A DNA stretch of 64,000 bases, from NCBI GenBank assembly GCA_010909165.1, contig VJWM01000227.1, positions 1-64,000 on the forward strand, given 5' to 3'. Below are positions 1 through 14,293 of this stretch, one piece after another; the stretch's first letter is position 1; the number at the start of each line of letters is the position of its first letter. The stretch is from Anthoceros angustus. Its lineage: Eukaryota; Plantae; Anthocerotophyta. The position numbers were made by a program, and so were the translations under genes. Under the pieces are notes generated by a model. That model ran no database searches. It saw only the letters and a list, made by a program, of their open reading frames with translations, and had not been told where the DNA came from.

Positions 1-2250
1 GCTGCCTCGCCCGCCCACGGGCCTAGCGAGGCTCAAATGGCCGAGGCAGCACCGAAGACGGAAATAATCCACTGGAAGCTAGTTTCCAGACGGTCACTAT
101 CGGGATCACTTACCCATCTCATGACTCCAACCGGTGAGGAGACTACTGGGTAGCCAAGCGGCCAACCTCAAGGCTCGAGGTCCCGCGCCACCCCAGGCAG
201 GAGGTGACGGAGGGAGGGCTTTTATAGAGGTCGACTTAGCACCCGGGAGACTCTGGGACCCTTATGGTGCGCCAGCAGTGAGGTAGAAGGGGCATGCGTG
301 TGAGCCGGAGGATGTTGGGCGATACCTTGGAGTCGGCAACTCCCAAGACGCATCGGCGCGGGCACAGGTGGGGGTTCGCAACGAGAATCCAAGACCGAGC
401 GAGAGATAGAACGCCTCCAGCTCAAGACGGAGGAGCCGGAGGAGGAGAATAGGCCAGAAGTGGCAAGTGTGGCAGTCGCACGGGCCGCAAGGCCGCAGCA
501 GAGATGCATGGCCAAGTCGGAGTCGAACGGGATACCGCCCGCCTGGAGAAGGAAAGTGATGATCCGGGAAAGAGTAGACGGAGGAGCCGGAGGAGGACGA
601 TCGAGGAGGAGCACCACGCCTGCTCGGCCAGGGCGTGGAAGCAGAGGGAGTCACTCCATGGCCCGCAACCAAGTGAGCTGGAACAACGACGGAGGAGGAG
701 AACGCGAGTAGCAGGCGGTGAGGTGACGGAGGCCTTTAACGGCATCAAGGGAGTCCGCCCATACCGTAAGCTTGGCAATATTTATATCTGTCAGCAGTGC
801 TTACATGCCCAAATCGGAGCACCTCGTGAGGAGGGGAGCACGTGCTCCGGCTCATGTGGAAGAGGCGCACTCTGTTGATCCGACTTCGCCTACTACTACG
901 CAGAGCTCCTCAAGGCTCGAGGTCCCGCGCCACCCCAGGCAGGAGGTGACGGAGGAGGACGATCGAGGATTCCTGACTCCCGAGGAGGAGTGAGAGAGAT
1001 TCTAGGCATGTGCTACGTGAGCCCCAGGGAGCGCCTGCTTGACGACGGCAGCAGAAATGCAAGGGAGAGCAATGGAGGAGCCGGAGGAGGAAGGGGTGCC
1101 ACACCTGAGGTAAGCACTCCCAAGACCCTCACATGGAAGGAAGGGAGGCTGATCCCCGGGAGGCTGCGGAAAGGGCGCCGGGCATCTGAGACCAAGGGAG
1201 GGCTCATGGATGAGCCCGTGATCGCCCCTTGCGGAGGAGCCGGAGGAGCCGGAGGAGGAAGGGAGTCCCACTCTGTCCTGACTCCCGAGGAGGCCGGATC
1301 CCAAGTCCACCAAGGGAGTCCTGGACTTAGAGATCCAAACTCTAGTGACGAGTCCGAACCCCGAGGTCCGGACTCAAGGGAAGGGTTGGGTCCAAGACCG
1401 ATCTGCAGGCAAGTCCGACCCCGAGGTCCCGAGGTCCCGAGGAGGCCGGATCAAGGTCCCGTGACGGACCCCTTAGGGAAGACTGGACCTAGAGGTCCTG
1501 GACCGGAGTTGGACGGTCCCGAGGTCCAGACTAGGGAGTGGGGGACACCACCAAATGGCCCAACAGGGCCCATTGCGCAGGGCCCGCCAGAGATAACACA
1601 CACCGGTCCTCACCGGAATAGAGGTGTAATAAAGGCCAAAGAGTATAAGAGGGGCCGAGGTCGCCCGAATAAATCATCTTCTCTTGGTGTTGATGCCGTG
1701 ATTGCGCACTTTTGTGCGCCTTCTGCTAACGTGAGTCCCGAGTCAATGAAGAAAATGGCGCCCCCAGACCGATCAAGGTCCCGTGACGGACCCTAACGTG
1801 GTGGTGTGTGCGGAAGAGCGACGGGGACCCTTGTTCGTCGAGCGGCCCGGCGTCAGCGGACCGGGCGTGGCCGGAGGAACTCCGGAGGGCGTCTGGCGGA
1901 CGGAGGCCGAGTGACGAGGAGGTCCGACTGTAGCCATTTCATGTCAAGGTTGATGAGTGTAGTGAGAGCGGTGAGAGGAACGGACTAGAGGAACGAGTGG
2001 CGAGCGAACGACACTTACGCAAACGGGTCTCAACGCTTGGCCACACCGCCCTCGCTTCTGGACGTTTTAGTAGTTAGGCGCAAAATAACGCATGTGTGTG
2101 TTAAGGCTGAGCGGCCACAAGGTGAGGTGAGGTGAGAATCGAACAAAACGCGGCAAACGGAGCTTATCATTCTCTTGGGAGCGGACTCCTTACTACAACG
2201 ACACGGGATTGTGCGCGCCCGGCTGACCGTCAGCGAAAGTCGTGCCACAA
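1..2250. mobile_element. GC-rich internally repetitive segment, probable retrotransposon remnant
   Basis: Direct repeats: caaggctcgaggtcccgcgccaccccaggcaggaggtgacggagg at ~169 and ~911; tcaaggtcccgtgacggaccc at ~1451 and ~1773; many ggaggagccggaggag units. Purine run at ~1533, TATA/AATAAA-like signals at ~1643-1673, TGGCGCCC at ~1756. No recognisable protein domain. Confidence 0.3.
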
Positions 2251-3399
2251 ATAGCTATGGTCAAGTAAAAACATTGATAAAGCAATGGTGAAATTATGAG
2301 GTAGGAGGAAAACGTGTTAGAGTGATGTTTTGGTATGGGCGACATAAACAAATAGTTATCAAGAGAGGGTGTAATGAAGAGGGCTCCTTGTTACTGTTAC
2401 TGTCATGTTGCAATTGTATGTGGGAAATCATAAACAATGCTTGTGAGAGAGGGGGTGTAATTAAGAGGGTGAGGTGGTAGGAGAGAGAGCTAGGTTTGTG
2501 TTAAGATGGTGGCACCACATGGGAAAGAAAGTGACCAACTTAATACCAAGCCTCCAAAGCAGGTTGCAGTCTAGAAGTTTAACATAAAATTGCAACAATT
2601 GATTGTAACTTAGGCTGCCCTTTCTAGAAGGGTTAAGGGCGACATTGGGTCTCACACAAACTGTAACAAGGTAAGGTCTACGAAATGAATTCAGCTTTGC
2701 TACGCATACAGGCTGATGGTAATTGCGATGCAGCACACGGGCATTTAGTCACATAGGGAATGTCATATAGACAAGCATACACATGTGCGGCCTTGGTTCG
2801 AACTTTGGCACAGGGTGCCATACAAAGTTCAGAGCAAGCCTGCACACATACACATATCACAGAGTCAGGGGGCTCAAGTTGGAAAGAGAATGTGTTGTTG
2901 ATGGTGGCTAACACGAGGGAGAGCGCACTGTAGGCACACATGCTTAGAAATAAAAACAAAATCCTTCAGCAGCGAGCTTCAGGGCTGTGTGAAAACAAGA
3001 AAAAATATCCTTCAGCAGCAGGCTTCAGGGCTGTGTTCAAAAACAAGAAGGTCACGCTAGCACAGCCTACTGTTGGAAGTGGAGCGAGACAGTGATGAGA
3101 CTCCGCCTTGGGAGCTCAACTATTCCTACTAGACTTTAAATATATACTTCAGCTTGGCATGAGTGCTGACCCCTATCCCTCAACGCTTTTCTACTCCCAT
3201 CCACACAACCAAGCTTCTTCTAAAATATCCCGCCTGCATCGGCCATGTACTAAACTAAGCAAGCTCTCTTTCAAACCATCCTGCGCTGTGTCCTTGGCAG
3301 AAAGCCTGTCCGCTTCCCACCAGGTCTTATAACAAGGAAAACTGGGATAAGGAAGCGCTCCACCTACCTACTATAAGTAGGCGATGCTGATTTCTGCAG

Positions 3400-5670
3400 C
3401 AGCATGGCGCATTTGGATGTGAGCTTCAAATTCGCCAAGCTTACCAGCAATATTCACGATGTTATAGGATAGTCGTATGCCCCTGGGTTCTGCAAGTCGG
3501 AGAAGCTGCCTGGGCTTACACAAGTTGTACAAGATCTGTAGCTTCCGCCCGCTGCGAGGTGGCCGGACAGTGCCGATCCTTGCTCCAACTGGACAATTGT
3601 TTGTGATGTCAAGGGGACTTACGTCACTAATATTACTCTCAATGGTAAAAATCTCACTGGCATCGTGTCTCCAGCCCTGGCCAACCTTACAGAGCTCGGC
3701 GTTATCGATTTGAGGTACAACAATCTTCGAGGAAGGATACCGGAAGCATCGGTTCTCTTACTCAATGAAGGGTACTGAGTTTGCTGTTCAACGAGCTCAC
3801 AGGACCCATACCGGAGTCCCTGAATGCAAAAAGATTCGGCCAGTTGCAGGAGCTCAACCTTGGCTTCAACCAATTCAACGGGTCGCTTCCCGATTCCATT
3901 GGCTTCATTTCAACCATCACCTCATTCTTCGTGGGCCACAATATGCTGGAGGGGGGTATTCCTAGAAGCTACACCAACCTGCAGAGGATGGAATACATGG
4001 ACCTTTCCCATAACGCTCGGTCTGGAAACCTGGATGCCTTAACAGCAATTGGACTCTACGCTCAGGGTCGACAGTTCGACCTCACATTCAACTATCAGAA
4101 TGTGACCCGAGTCCCTCCCAATCTTCTGCGACTGAATGCACACTCTTCAACTGTTTCTCTGCGCAGTCGCCGTGTGTTCGCTACTTGCCGTAAGCCAGGT
4201 AGTCGGAGGACCACCGCATCGACTGATACAGCTCACCATTGTCGGTAATACTTCCAGATATCACAGATTGGGAGGCGAAAATCCCTCCCTTCTCTCCTGA
4301 CGCTTGAACAGCCCAATGCCCTGACGCAGGCTCAAGTTGCACCCCCGTGGTGACGTTGTCCACCAGGGAGGCCTGCGTCCCCTTCGAACAAGAGCTGGTC
4401 GTTGTTGGCGACATTCAGGACACTTCCTACGTTAATTAGCAGCGAATCCCGTGTTGCTCCCTGGCAGGAACATGAAAACTGGCATGTTCCATGTGAAGCT
4501 CCACTTTGCAGAGCTGAATTTTCAAACTCCAGGCTGTCGGGTGTTTGATGTGGTGGTGCAGGGACAGATAGTGATAGCATCTCTGGACGTCGCTGCAGTC
4601 GCCGGCCCGAACACGGCTTACGTTATTGATTTGCCAGCGGTGAGCAGATTTGTATCTTCTTGATTTTGCTGGGGAGCGTCCTCCTTGGGTGCTTGGAACG
4701 TCATTGCTTCATGGACATTGGACAGGTCCCAGTCGATGATGGACTGCTCCGCATTGAGCTCATTAACGCATCTCCAAGCGACCGCTGGTGGGACCCTGCG
4801 TTCAACGTGAACGGCACAGGGCCACTGCTATCAGCTTTCAGGATCAACCTTGCGAAGGGAACTCCAAAAACCCCTTCACCCGCCAAAGGGTATTTGAAGA
4901 TTCTCCTGCCAGCTCGAGGTCTGGGGGCGGCATTGGCAATGGGCCTACTCTTCTGCTGCTTCAGAAGTCGAAAGGAGACCCAAAGCAATCCGTGCAGCCG
5001 TCAGATACTGTATGAGATGCACACAGACACAGGTGTGGGATTATCTGCTCAACTTGTCTGTCCTTCATGAGCTTCATGCCGAGGGCTTGGGTCTAGTGGA
5101 TGAATGTGGGCATCTTAAGGCCCGCATGATATCTTGATGGATTTGCAACTTCATGATATCTTGATGGCTTTGCAGAAAATGAGAAGAACTTGCAAAGCCA
5201 TTGAGAAAAACTTGCTGGGACGAGGCGGTTTTGGGTCAGAACACAAAGGAGTGCTTCCGGATGGTTCTGTTGTAGCTATAAAGCAGCTGACGCAAAAGAG
5301 TGAGCAAAAAAACGAAAGTTTTTGCAAGGAGGTTGCAATCATCTCCAGTGTTCAACACACTGTCTGGTACAGATGTAACCGCTCTAGGTCTGTGGCTTCT
5401 GTGGCGGATAAATGGATCCCGACGAATGCAGAACTTGCAATGACGTGATTCATGAACTCATATTCCGCGGTGTGTAGAAACCGGCTTGCAGTTTTAAGAC
5501 GCTGCCTCGCCAATGAGTTCCCCCCCCTGGTATGTGAGTACATGCCCAGCGGCAGCATGGACAGGAATATTCCCCGTATCTGGACTGGTCATCAAGACGA
5601 ACATAGCCATCGGAGCCGCATGTGGAGTAGCCGACCTCCATATGATCGGCTGTAGGCATGCCATCCTGTG
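3400..5670 (+). pseudogene. Degenerate LRR-malectin receptor-like kinase (LRR-VIII-2-like architecture)
   Basis: Plant LRRs (LQELNLGFNQFNGSLPDSIG, MDLSHN), malectin-type motif VKLHFAELNF...RVFDVVVQG, TM segment, kinase start NLLGRGGFGS...VVAIKQL...EVAIISSVQH, LVCEYMPSGSMD. Multiple stops and frameshifts; the kinase ends before the HRD/DFG motifs. Confidence 0.8.
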
Positions 5671-5679
5671 CCATACTGG

Positions 5680-5880
5680 CGGACATACAGAGCCAGGGCT
5701 TCTTCACCAAGGTCATGCGGTCATGGTGTGTATCTGCTGCCATCATGGCATTCCACGTTACCACATTTCTGCTCGGCAAGCTGTGAAACACGGTGCGAGC
5801 ATCTTCCAAGCTCTTGCATACGCAATGCAGCAGGCTGCTGCCTACAGACACATGAGCTCCCAGGCCCTTTTTACAGATGA
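5680..5880 (-). pseudogene. PLS-class pentatricopeptide repeat (PPR) gene fragment
   Basis: VGSSLLHCVCKSLEDARTVFHSLPSRNVVTWNAMMAA resembles the PPR consensus (LxxMYxKCGSLEDARxVFxxxxxRNVVTWNAMI). Confidence 0.7.
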
Positions 5881-7441
5881 GCTCCCTGCACCCAAAACCA
5901 AAGCCAAGAGGCTCATCTACCTCCCCGTTGTCAGGCCGATGTGCCTCCTTGAAAAGCGATTCTTGTGAAGCACGCCCGGTTGCACCAAGCTTGCTTCCCA
6001 GCTGAAACCACGATTGCGCACGCAGGTGCCAGGGAAGCGGCACAACAACACCTGCTGCTTTTCCTTGCTGGAATAACATTGCTGGGACTGAGATTCCTAC
6101 ACCAGAAGGAGCCTATCCACGGGCATCTCACCTTGTCTGAAGCAGCGACGCCTGCACGTGACCTCACAGTCGCCATTGCCTGCGGGCGAGATTGAAACAG
6201 CACTGATTGCCGGCATGGAACAGTACATCGCCCCCGTGGGGTAGGGGCCACTGCCGCTGCCCACTGCCCACAGGCCAGGCCAGGCCCACAGCACTCTGCA
6301 CTGCTGCAGGGTGTCCAATACATGATCAATGATGCAAGTTCTTTGCCAAGGATATTCAAAAGTACATTTACTCTTTCGTACCAAAGATATTCAAAAGTGC
6401 ATTTCCTCATTCGCACCCTTTGCCTGGACATGTTTGCTTCAACATGTCCAAGTATGAACCTAGCAATTCATTAGACAGAAATATTGGCCGTGCCCGCACC
6501 TTCCACCTGCCGTAAAGGTCCGTGCGTTCCATCTGCCATAAAGTACTGACTGACTGTTGAAATATGAACTTACTTTCATCCTTCCTCCTACAGGGTCTTT
6601 CCAAAGCCAGCCTACAGAAGCCAAGAATTCATGGAGAATCCATGGATGCACAAACATATCCATCGCCATGGATGATGTGCACTCTACAGTAATATATAAT
6701 ATAAATCCAATAAAATAATACATCCATAAATTACTAGTATGTGAATGCATATTGAGTTACATGATAAAATATATCTAAATAAAAAACCCTAGCAACCTAA
6801 AACAAACCTAAACAGCCGCACGGCCGCACACGAGCGGGTGGACCGGGTGGAAGACGAAAGAACTCTGCAAGGTGGTATGACGAGAATGTGCGTGGCGAGG
6901 GGACGGGTCCATTTCACCTCCTCTTCGCCAACACTTTTTACTTCTTTAGTAATTGGTAAAATTAGGGCCTGGCCCACATCGCTCGTCGGTGTGAAGCCGC
7001 GGTGGACGTTGTTATTGATAGCAGCCGGCTTTACACATGCGTCCGGTGTGAACCCACCCTCATCTCCTGACAGGAGAGGGTCAGGCGTGCGTGTGGAGAA
7101 GCGCGCCCCTTGTCAGGCACTTTCCTTTCCTTTCCTTTCCCCGTCCCATTCCCGGACTGGAATGTAGAACTGTAGCGCCCGGCTTCCACTCCACGTCCTC
7201 GGAATATAAACCGAGCCGCACCCACAGGGGTGGATGCACTGGATGGCCGTGCTGCAACATTCGCTTGCTGGCCACTTGCAGGCCACGCTTGCAAAATGCC
7301 TCCACCGCCCCCGGCGGATGGCCGCAGCGCCACACCGCCGCAGCCGCAACCACGGCCACAGCCACAGCCACTTTGTGTGAGCCCTCCACTCCATCCATCC
7401 CTTCCCAGCCATGTTGTCTTGAGAGCGCGCCAACTTCAAGG

Positions 7442-9759
7442 ATGCCGCCGACCGTGGCACTGCAGGTTCAGGCGGTGGAGGAGGAGCAAACCGCTCCAGC
7501 AGGCGACGAGTCTGTCACCTTGAGAGGATTCCCTTCGGACAAGAGCCGAACAGGAGGATGGAAAGCCGCTGTCTTCATCTACGGTGAGCTTCGTACACTG
7601 ACGATTCCAGGAACGCTGCCTGAAAGAAAGAAAGAAAGAAAGAGAGAATGGTGAATCACATCATTGTCCTGTCCCGTCCTGTCCTGTCCTGTCATTCCGA
7701 TCCCGCAGTGTACGAATTCGGAGAGACGATCGGGCAGTTCTCCGTGGCCCTGAACCTGGTCCCGTACTTGGTGCTGGAGCTCCGGCAATCCAACCAGAAG
7801 GCCACCACCATCTTCACCAACTTCTTCGGCACCGCCTTCATCACCTCCCTGCCGTGGGGATTCCTGGCCGACGCATACCTGGGGCGCTACTGGACGGTGG
7901 CGCTCGGCACCGTCGTCATGTTCGCTGTAAGCTTCAGCAAGCAGTGCAGCTGCATGGCATCCTTCACGACGGAGCTGGACCTGACCGCCTCCTCGGATGT
8001 GCCAGGGATTGATGCTCATCACTCTCAGCACGGCAGTCACGTCGCTGAAGCCGGCTCCGTGCGCGGGCCCACCCTCTTCCTGCGGGCCTGCGGACGGGAC
8101 TCCCATGGCGGCCTTCTACGCCTCCATCTACCTCATCGCGGCCGGGGCGGGCGCCATCAAGCCCTGCCTCCCGCCCCTGGGAGGAGACCAGTTCGATGAC
8201 GCCATCCCCGCGGAGCGCAACAGCCGGCCCTCCTACTTCAATCTCCTCTTCTGGTCCGTGCAACTCGGCACGCTCATCGTCCTCACCTTCATCGTCTACA
8301 TCCAGGTAACTGTATGATCACTGCCGCAGCTGCATGGCCGGCTCCGGCTGGAATGTGTGGAAGTGAGGAATCTAGACTAGTGTGCCCGCGCTGATGCAGG
8401 ACAATGTGGGAAGAACTACGGGGTATGCCATCCCTGCTGGTTTGTTCTTGGCCTCCGCCGTCTTCTTCTTCACGGGCACGCCGTACTTCCGCCACAGGAG
8501 GCCGCAGGGAAGCGGCTTCACTCGGATGGCTCAGGTGTTTGTGGCTGCCGCCAGGAAGTATTCAGTCTCCGTCCCGCAAAACCCTAGCTCCCTGTACGGC
8601 TTCCATGCCGAATCCGCGCTCGAGCCGCACCACACAAGCCGCATGAGGTGAATCTTTGGGACTGGGAGCAGCAGCAGCAGCAGTTGGAATCTATGTTGAT
8701 GGCATGCATCCTCAGCATCGTTAGTTTTTGTTTGTGCTTCGATTGGATGGTGGCAGGTTTCTGGACAAGGCAGCGGTGCTCACAGCAAAGGATTTCACCG
8801 AGGGCAAAGGCGGGGAGGCCACGGGGAGGGGCTGGAGGCTGTGCTCGGTGCAGCAGGTGGAGGAAACGAAGCGGGTGGTGCAGGTGCTGCCGATCTGGAT
8901 CACCACCATCGTGCCCTACTGCCTCATAGCCCAAGTGAGCAGCTACAGCGTGATCCAGTCCCTCAGCATGGACAGGCACATCGGCTCCAGCTTCGAGGTG
9001 CCGTATGCATCGTTCGGAGCCTTCGCTCTCATTCTCTGCAGCTTCATCTTGCCCCTGTATGGCCCATTCGTGGTGCCGGCCCTCCGGAGGGTCACGGGGC
9101 ACCCCAGAGGCCTGTCACCGCTGTGGAGGATCGGGACGGGACTGGCCATCACCATCACCCCCATGGTGAGCGCAGCTTTGGTGGAGATAAAACGGAAGGA
9201 GGCGGCCAGGAGGGAAGGGAAGCTGGACAACCCGCTGGCACAGCTTAGCATCTCCGCCTTCTGGCTGGTGCCGCAGCTGGGGATCATCGGGCTCAGCGAG
9301 GTGTTTCTCACAGTCGGCCAGCTCGAGTTCTTCTACGAGGAGATGCCCGAGGGGTTCCGATCCATTGGGACCGCCTTCTACCTCTCCGCCATAGCTGTGG
9401 GATACTTCATCTCCAGCTTCGTGATCGACACGGTCACCAGGCTCACCAGCCACGGCAGCTACCACGGCTGGCTCGCCCAGAACATCAACCGCGGGGATTT
9501 GCAGAAATTTTACTGGATGCTGGCAGTCATATGCGCCGGCAATCTCTGCTTCTTCCTCGTCGCTGCGCACTTCTACAGGTACAAGCCCGGGGCGGCGAGC
9601 GCCGACCTCGACCCCGCCCGGATCTCCACCGCCTCTAGCTATCGCCAATCGGACGCCCAACTTCTGGACCAAAAGCGATATGCTAATTCCGTTGTGGAAT
9701 CTAACCCAGTCTACACTTGGTTGCCCAACACCAGCCCAACCGAGAGTCCCGTTAGATAG
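7442..9759 (+). CDS. NRT1/PTR (NPF) family transporter, 5 exons
   Basis: TGGWKAAVFIY, GFLADAYLGRY, GAGAIKPCLPPLGGDQFD, LCSVQQVEETK, VGQLEFFYEEMPEGFRSIG. Introns at approximately 7584-7708, 7927-8005, 8306-8399 and 8648-8756. Confidence 0.95.
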
Positions 9760-10226
9760 ATCACACATCTCCCCGATTAAATGAATTGGCATCGACTCTT
9801 GCCTCATGAAATCTCGGATGGTTTATGCTATAGTATGGTCATCTCCACCTCCAGTCGGCAAAGTAGGCCGGAAACAACGTAACACTGCATTAGACAAAAC
9901 TGCAAGCATTCGGACAACAAATTCTTATATTGACTATAGATCAAACCGCACAAACGTACTAAAGCTCAGCTGGAAAGTACCCAGCGATCTCAGAGCGTGT
10001 ACTACGGGAAGCCACCACTGTCTACCCATATCATTTTCCCCCAGTGCACCTCACTCAGAACTCCTCATACCTAACACAGAGCTATTCCAGAATACGGCTG
10101 CAATACTGCAAAATCAAAGAACTACAATAAATGCCATGCCAGAGGATGCCTAACAAGTGACAAGCTACTGCAACTGAGGTCCATAGATTATACCAACCCG
10201 GAATACACCTACACCTGCAGCTCGCC

Positions 10227-13031
10227 TTACAGCTTGTCCTCGAACTCAGACAACGGGGTGACAGTTTCCTTCAACCCCTTGCGTTTCCTGATGGTCAACA
10301 CCAGTTGTCCCGAAGGACTTGCGACGTCCAGAGGATCAGTGTTCATTAGATCCCAATGATCGAACACACACTGCGGGAAGGCCTGCCCAGATGTAGCGGC
10401 TCTCAAAGCACTGGAGAACCCAAAAGATTCAATAACGGGCAGATAAGCCTTGATGTTGTACAGGGGAGTACCCGGCCTCTGAATCTCCTCGAACACATGA
10501 CCACGCTTCTGATTCAGACATCCATAGATACCACCCAGCGCCTGCTCAGGAGCCTGAATTTCCACCAGGTACACTGGTTCCAGCAGACGTGGCTTTGCAG
10601 TCAACATGGCAGCATACATCACCCTCCTTGCTGTGGGAATGATCTGCCCACCACCTCTGTGGATCGCATCCGTGTGCAGCACAACATCGCACACCTCAAA
10701 GGCAATACCACGCATGTTCTCGTCTGCAAGAGCACCTTCCTTCGAAGCCCACTGGAATGCAGCCACGACAGAATCCTTGATTTCATTCAGATACTGCACT
10801 CCTTTACACATATCCACCACCATGTTGGGTCCTGTGGTCTCCGGTCCAAAACACCAAATCTTCTTCGCCAGATCCTTATCCCACCCAAACTCCTCAGCCA
10901 AAATCTTGCTCCGCACCTTGGGATCATCACGAGGTCCAATCTTACCCTCATCAATGGCCTCAGCCAGCCCTTCCTCCAGAGGACGCGCCTCAAAGTACAG
11001 CCTGTTATGCTTGTTTGGGGACTTGCTCATCACAATACGACATGACTTCTCAAGCACAGTTTCACGGAACGACACAACCGGAGGTGACACCACAATCTCA
11101 GCCCCTCCCATGAAGTCTTCTTGCAGATCCTTCAGACAGATTTCAAGGTGCAGCTCACCAGCTCCTGCAATGATGTGCTCCCAGACTCCTCAATCATCGT
11201 CAACACCATGGGATCCGACTTTGCCAGACGCTTCAATCCTTCCACAAGCTTCGGCAAATCTGAAGCAACCTTGCACTGAACTGCAACTCGCACCACAGGT
11301 GACACTGAGAACTTCATTGCCTTGATGGGGTGGGCATCCGTTTCCTTTTCATTTGTCAAGGTTGCATTCTTTGTAATGAACTGGTCCAGACCAACCAGCG
11401 CCACCGTGTTACCACAAGGCACGTCTTCCACAGACTCCTGCCGCCTGCCCATCCAAATCACAGTTCTCTGCACGCTCTTGGTGTACAGGTCCTTCTTCTG
11501 CCCTGGAATGTAGTTGGGGCCCATAATTCTCACCTTCATCCCTGTTGCCACTCTCCCAGCAAACACACGCCCAAAAGCAAAGAATCGACCTTTGTCTGAA
11601 GCAGGAATCATCTTTGATACATACAACATCAGGGGACCATCGGGGTCACAGTTCCTGATGGCATTGGCGTAAACATCATCCAGAGGGCCCTCGTACAGAT
11701 TCTCCACACGGTACCTTTGAGCCGTCGCTGGGGATGGCAGGTGAAATATCATCATCTCCAGTAACGCGTTGCTAGCTGGCAACCAAGTCTGCATCACCCT
11801 CTTCATCAGAGGCTTCGCCATCAACTCCTTCTCATCACCCTTCATCACCACCCCAACTTTGCTAACATGGGCCACAGCTTGTCCTTCTGATCATTCATGC
11901 AGATGTTGATGATCTGCTTGATGGGCTCGTAGATGAACTGGACGAACCCACGCTGACACGTTTCCGAACCAGTGTTCTTCGCCGTCCACTTCTTCGTCTT
12001 CGGGTCGAAGTAGTTCTCCCCAAAGCCTCTCCATCATCTTCTTCTCATCCACCTGAAACTTGGCCGCATACATCTTTGCGAAGTTCGTCAGCGTGAACGC
12101 CCACCCATGCAACCTGGCCGAGAACGCAACCGTCCCTTCTCAGGGTACACTTGCACGTCACCGAGCAGAGCATCCTCGTACGTCGCCATGATCACGTTTG
12201 CGCTCTCAATCACACGCTGGAACGTCTGGTACGCCTCCTCACCGTCCACCTGAAGCTCCAAAAGCACCTGTCCATCTTGTTCACGGTCAAAACTGGCCTG
12301 ATCCTCTCACCCAAAGCCTGCCTCAGCACGGTCTCCGTCTGAACGCACACACCCTCGATACAATCCACCACCACCAAAGCTCCATCAGTAATCCGCAGAG
12401 CAGCCGTCACCTCCGAAGAGAAATCAACGTGCCCGGGGAGTCGATCAAGTTGATCAGGTAGTCATTCCCATCTCGCACTCCGGTGTAAGCCTTCAGCGAC
12501 TCGTCGGCCATCTCATAGTACAGAGAGATACCCGTGGACTTGATAGTGATACCCGCTCCGCCTCATCGGCCCTGGTATCTGTCAACCGGACATCACCAGC
12601 CACTTCTTGGGCGATGATACCAGCTGCAGCGACCAGGAGTCTGTCAAAGTAGACTTGCCTGTAATCACCGCAAATCACCACCTCCGTCAAAACAATCAGA
12701 CAAACAGCAAAAACATCCTAGCCATCTTTCAACATCAACTCGGGGCTGGACAAAACACATACCGTGGTCGACATGGGCAATCACAGACATGTTCCTGATA
12801 TTATGCTTTTTGTCCATGATCCGCCGCAGCTCTTCTGATGTGAACTTCACCTGCAAAACCCAAGCACCGGATGAGCTGAGCCATCACGCACAACCCCTGG
12901 GCAGATCCAACCCGGTGCATGGAACGGAAGCCAATGTACAACCCAGTCCAACTCCACACCAACTGCATCCATCCATCAACCCACTGAATCAGAACTGCAC
13001 ATGCGAAAGAGATGGCAGAGCACGCTACCAT
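10227..13031 (-). CDS. EF2: Eukaryotic translation elongation factor 2 (apparent frameshifts, probably assembly errors)
   Basis: ATG-only first coding exon (13029-13031), then [33 protein letters not shown], diphthamide site [19 protein letters not shown]-terminus PLSEFEDKL. About 7 single-base deletions in homopolymer runs break the frame. Confidence 0.95.
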
Positions 13032-13374
13032 CTTGACAAGCTGGTGAGATCCCGCCGACGGCAAAACAAGGAAGAAAAAGGGTGGGTGGCGGTGAATCGA
13101 TGAGCAGCGGCAGCGGCAGCGGCTGCGGCTGCGGTGAGGAGAAAGGACCGATGGAGAGGAGACGTCACTCTCTTCAAGGGTTCTCTGAGATTAGGGTTCG
13201 CCTCCAAGCCGCTCGTTGCGTGCTCCGAATATCCTCCTCTATTATGCTGCCAATTTCCCAGTACGTATATCTCTGCTTTTCTTTTAGTGAATTTGAACAC
13301 TTTATATAGATATTCCAAGGTATACGTGGGAATCCCGTGCTGCAATCTGATCTGGAGTAACCCATAGCGCACTA

Positions 13375-14200
13375 ACAACTAGAGTAACCTCGTAATGTGC
13401 GTCCATTTGGCCAGGGACCGGATGTGCCCATTTGGCCAGGACAAGATGTGTGCATTTGACCAGGACCATATGGAAGAATCCTAGTATTAAACATACTGTC
13501 CTTAGTACTTAGATGGGGTGCTTAGGGGGAGTGGATGCCCTTGGCGCAAGTGGCTTAGGCACACCATCTACTTGTTAACAAGTGGACTGTAGTAAACTTT
13601 TTCTTCTTCTTCTACTCCATAAGTAAAGCCAACCCCATATATAACCAAAGATAAATAATCAAAGAATTACTTGGATCTAAATTACATTGTACGTTGAGAG
13701 GTTAGTGATAGTGAGGTTTTTAAAGCTAGTCTGTTTTAGCTAGTTGGTTAGGGATGAAATAAGCCTCACTATCCAAAGGACAAGGTTAGTCCTACACAGT
13801 CATTCATTAGCATTTGCGCCACATTCTTGTTGAAAAGAATTGAGATACCCAGAGGATGTGAGATACTAGAGTTAGTGTGTGTTTAGAGGACAACTTGAGG
13901 AGATCGGACTGAGTTAGTTTGTATGAGACTTGGTACTAGCACTTAGATGGGGGGCCTAGAGAGAATGCAAGATGTTAAGTACCAAGTCCCATAACAAGAA
14001 AATTCCTTCAAGTGAATTCCTTCTTCTTCTTTGATTTTACAACTCATACCATGGTGTGCCTAAGGTACTGGCACCAAGGGCATCCACTCCTTGTAGGATT
14101 ATAATGGACTTTTCTTCTTTTACTTCACAACTTATACCATGGTGTGCCAAAGCTACTAGAACCAAGTTCGACTCTGGGTTCGACTCCTGATGTGATCACG
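13375..14200. mobile_element. Non-coding dispersed repeat (MITE/SINE-like) with internal inverted repeat
   Basis: ~40-bp imperfect inverted repeat, 13529-13568 vs 14051-14090 (atggtgtgcctaag...ccaagggcatccactcc). B-box-like gggttcgactcc at ~14176. Motif gtgtgtccatttggcc is shared with ~58246; aactt.taccatggtgtgcc is shared with ~43588. Confidence 0.5.
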
Positions 14201-14293
14201 GTGTCCGTTCTTCACCTCCAAAGGTTCTTCTGGCAGAGAATTTTTATTAAAAATTATATACTAAGCGCTGTTAAAGTATTTTCTACGATTGAT

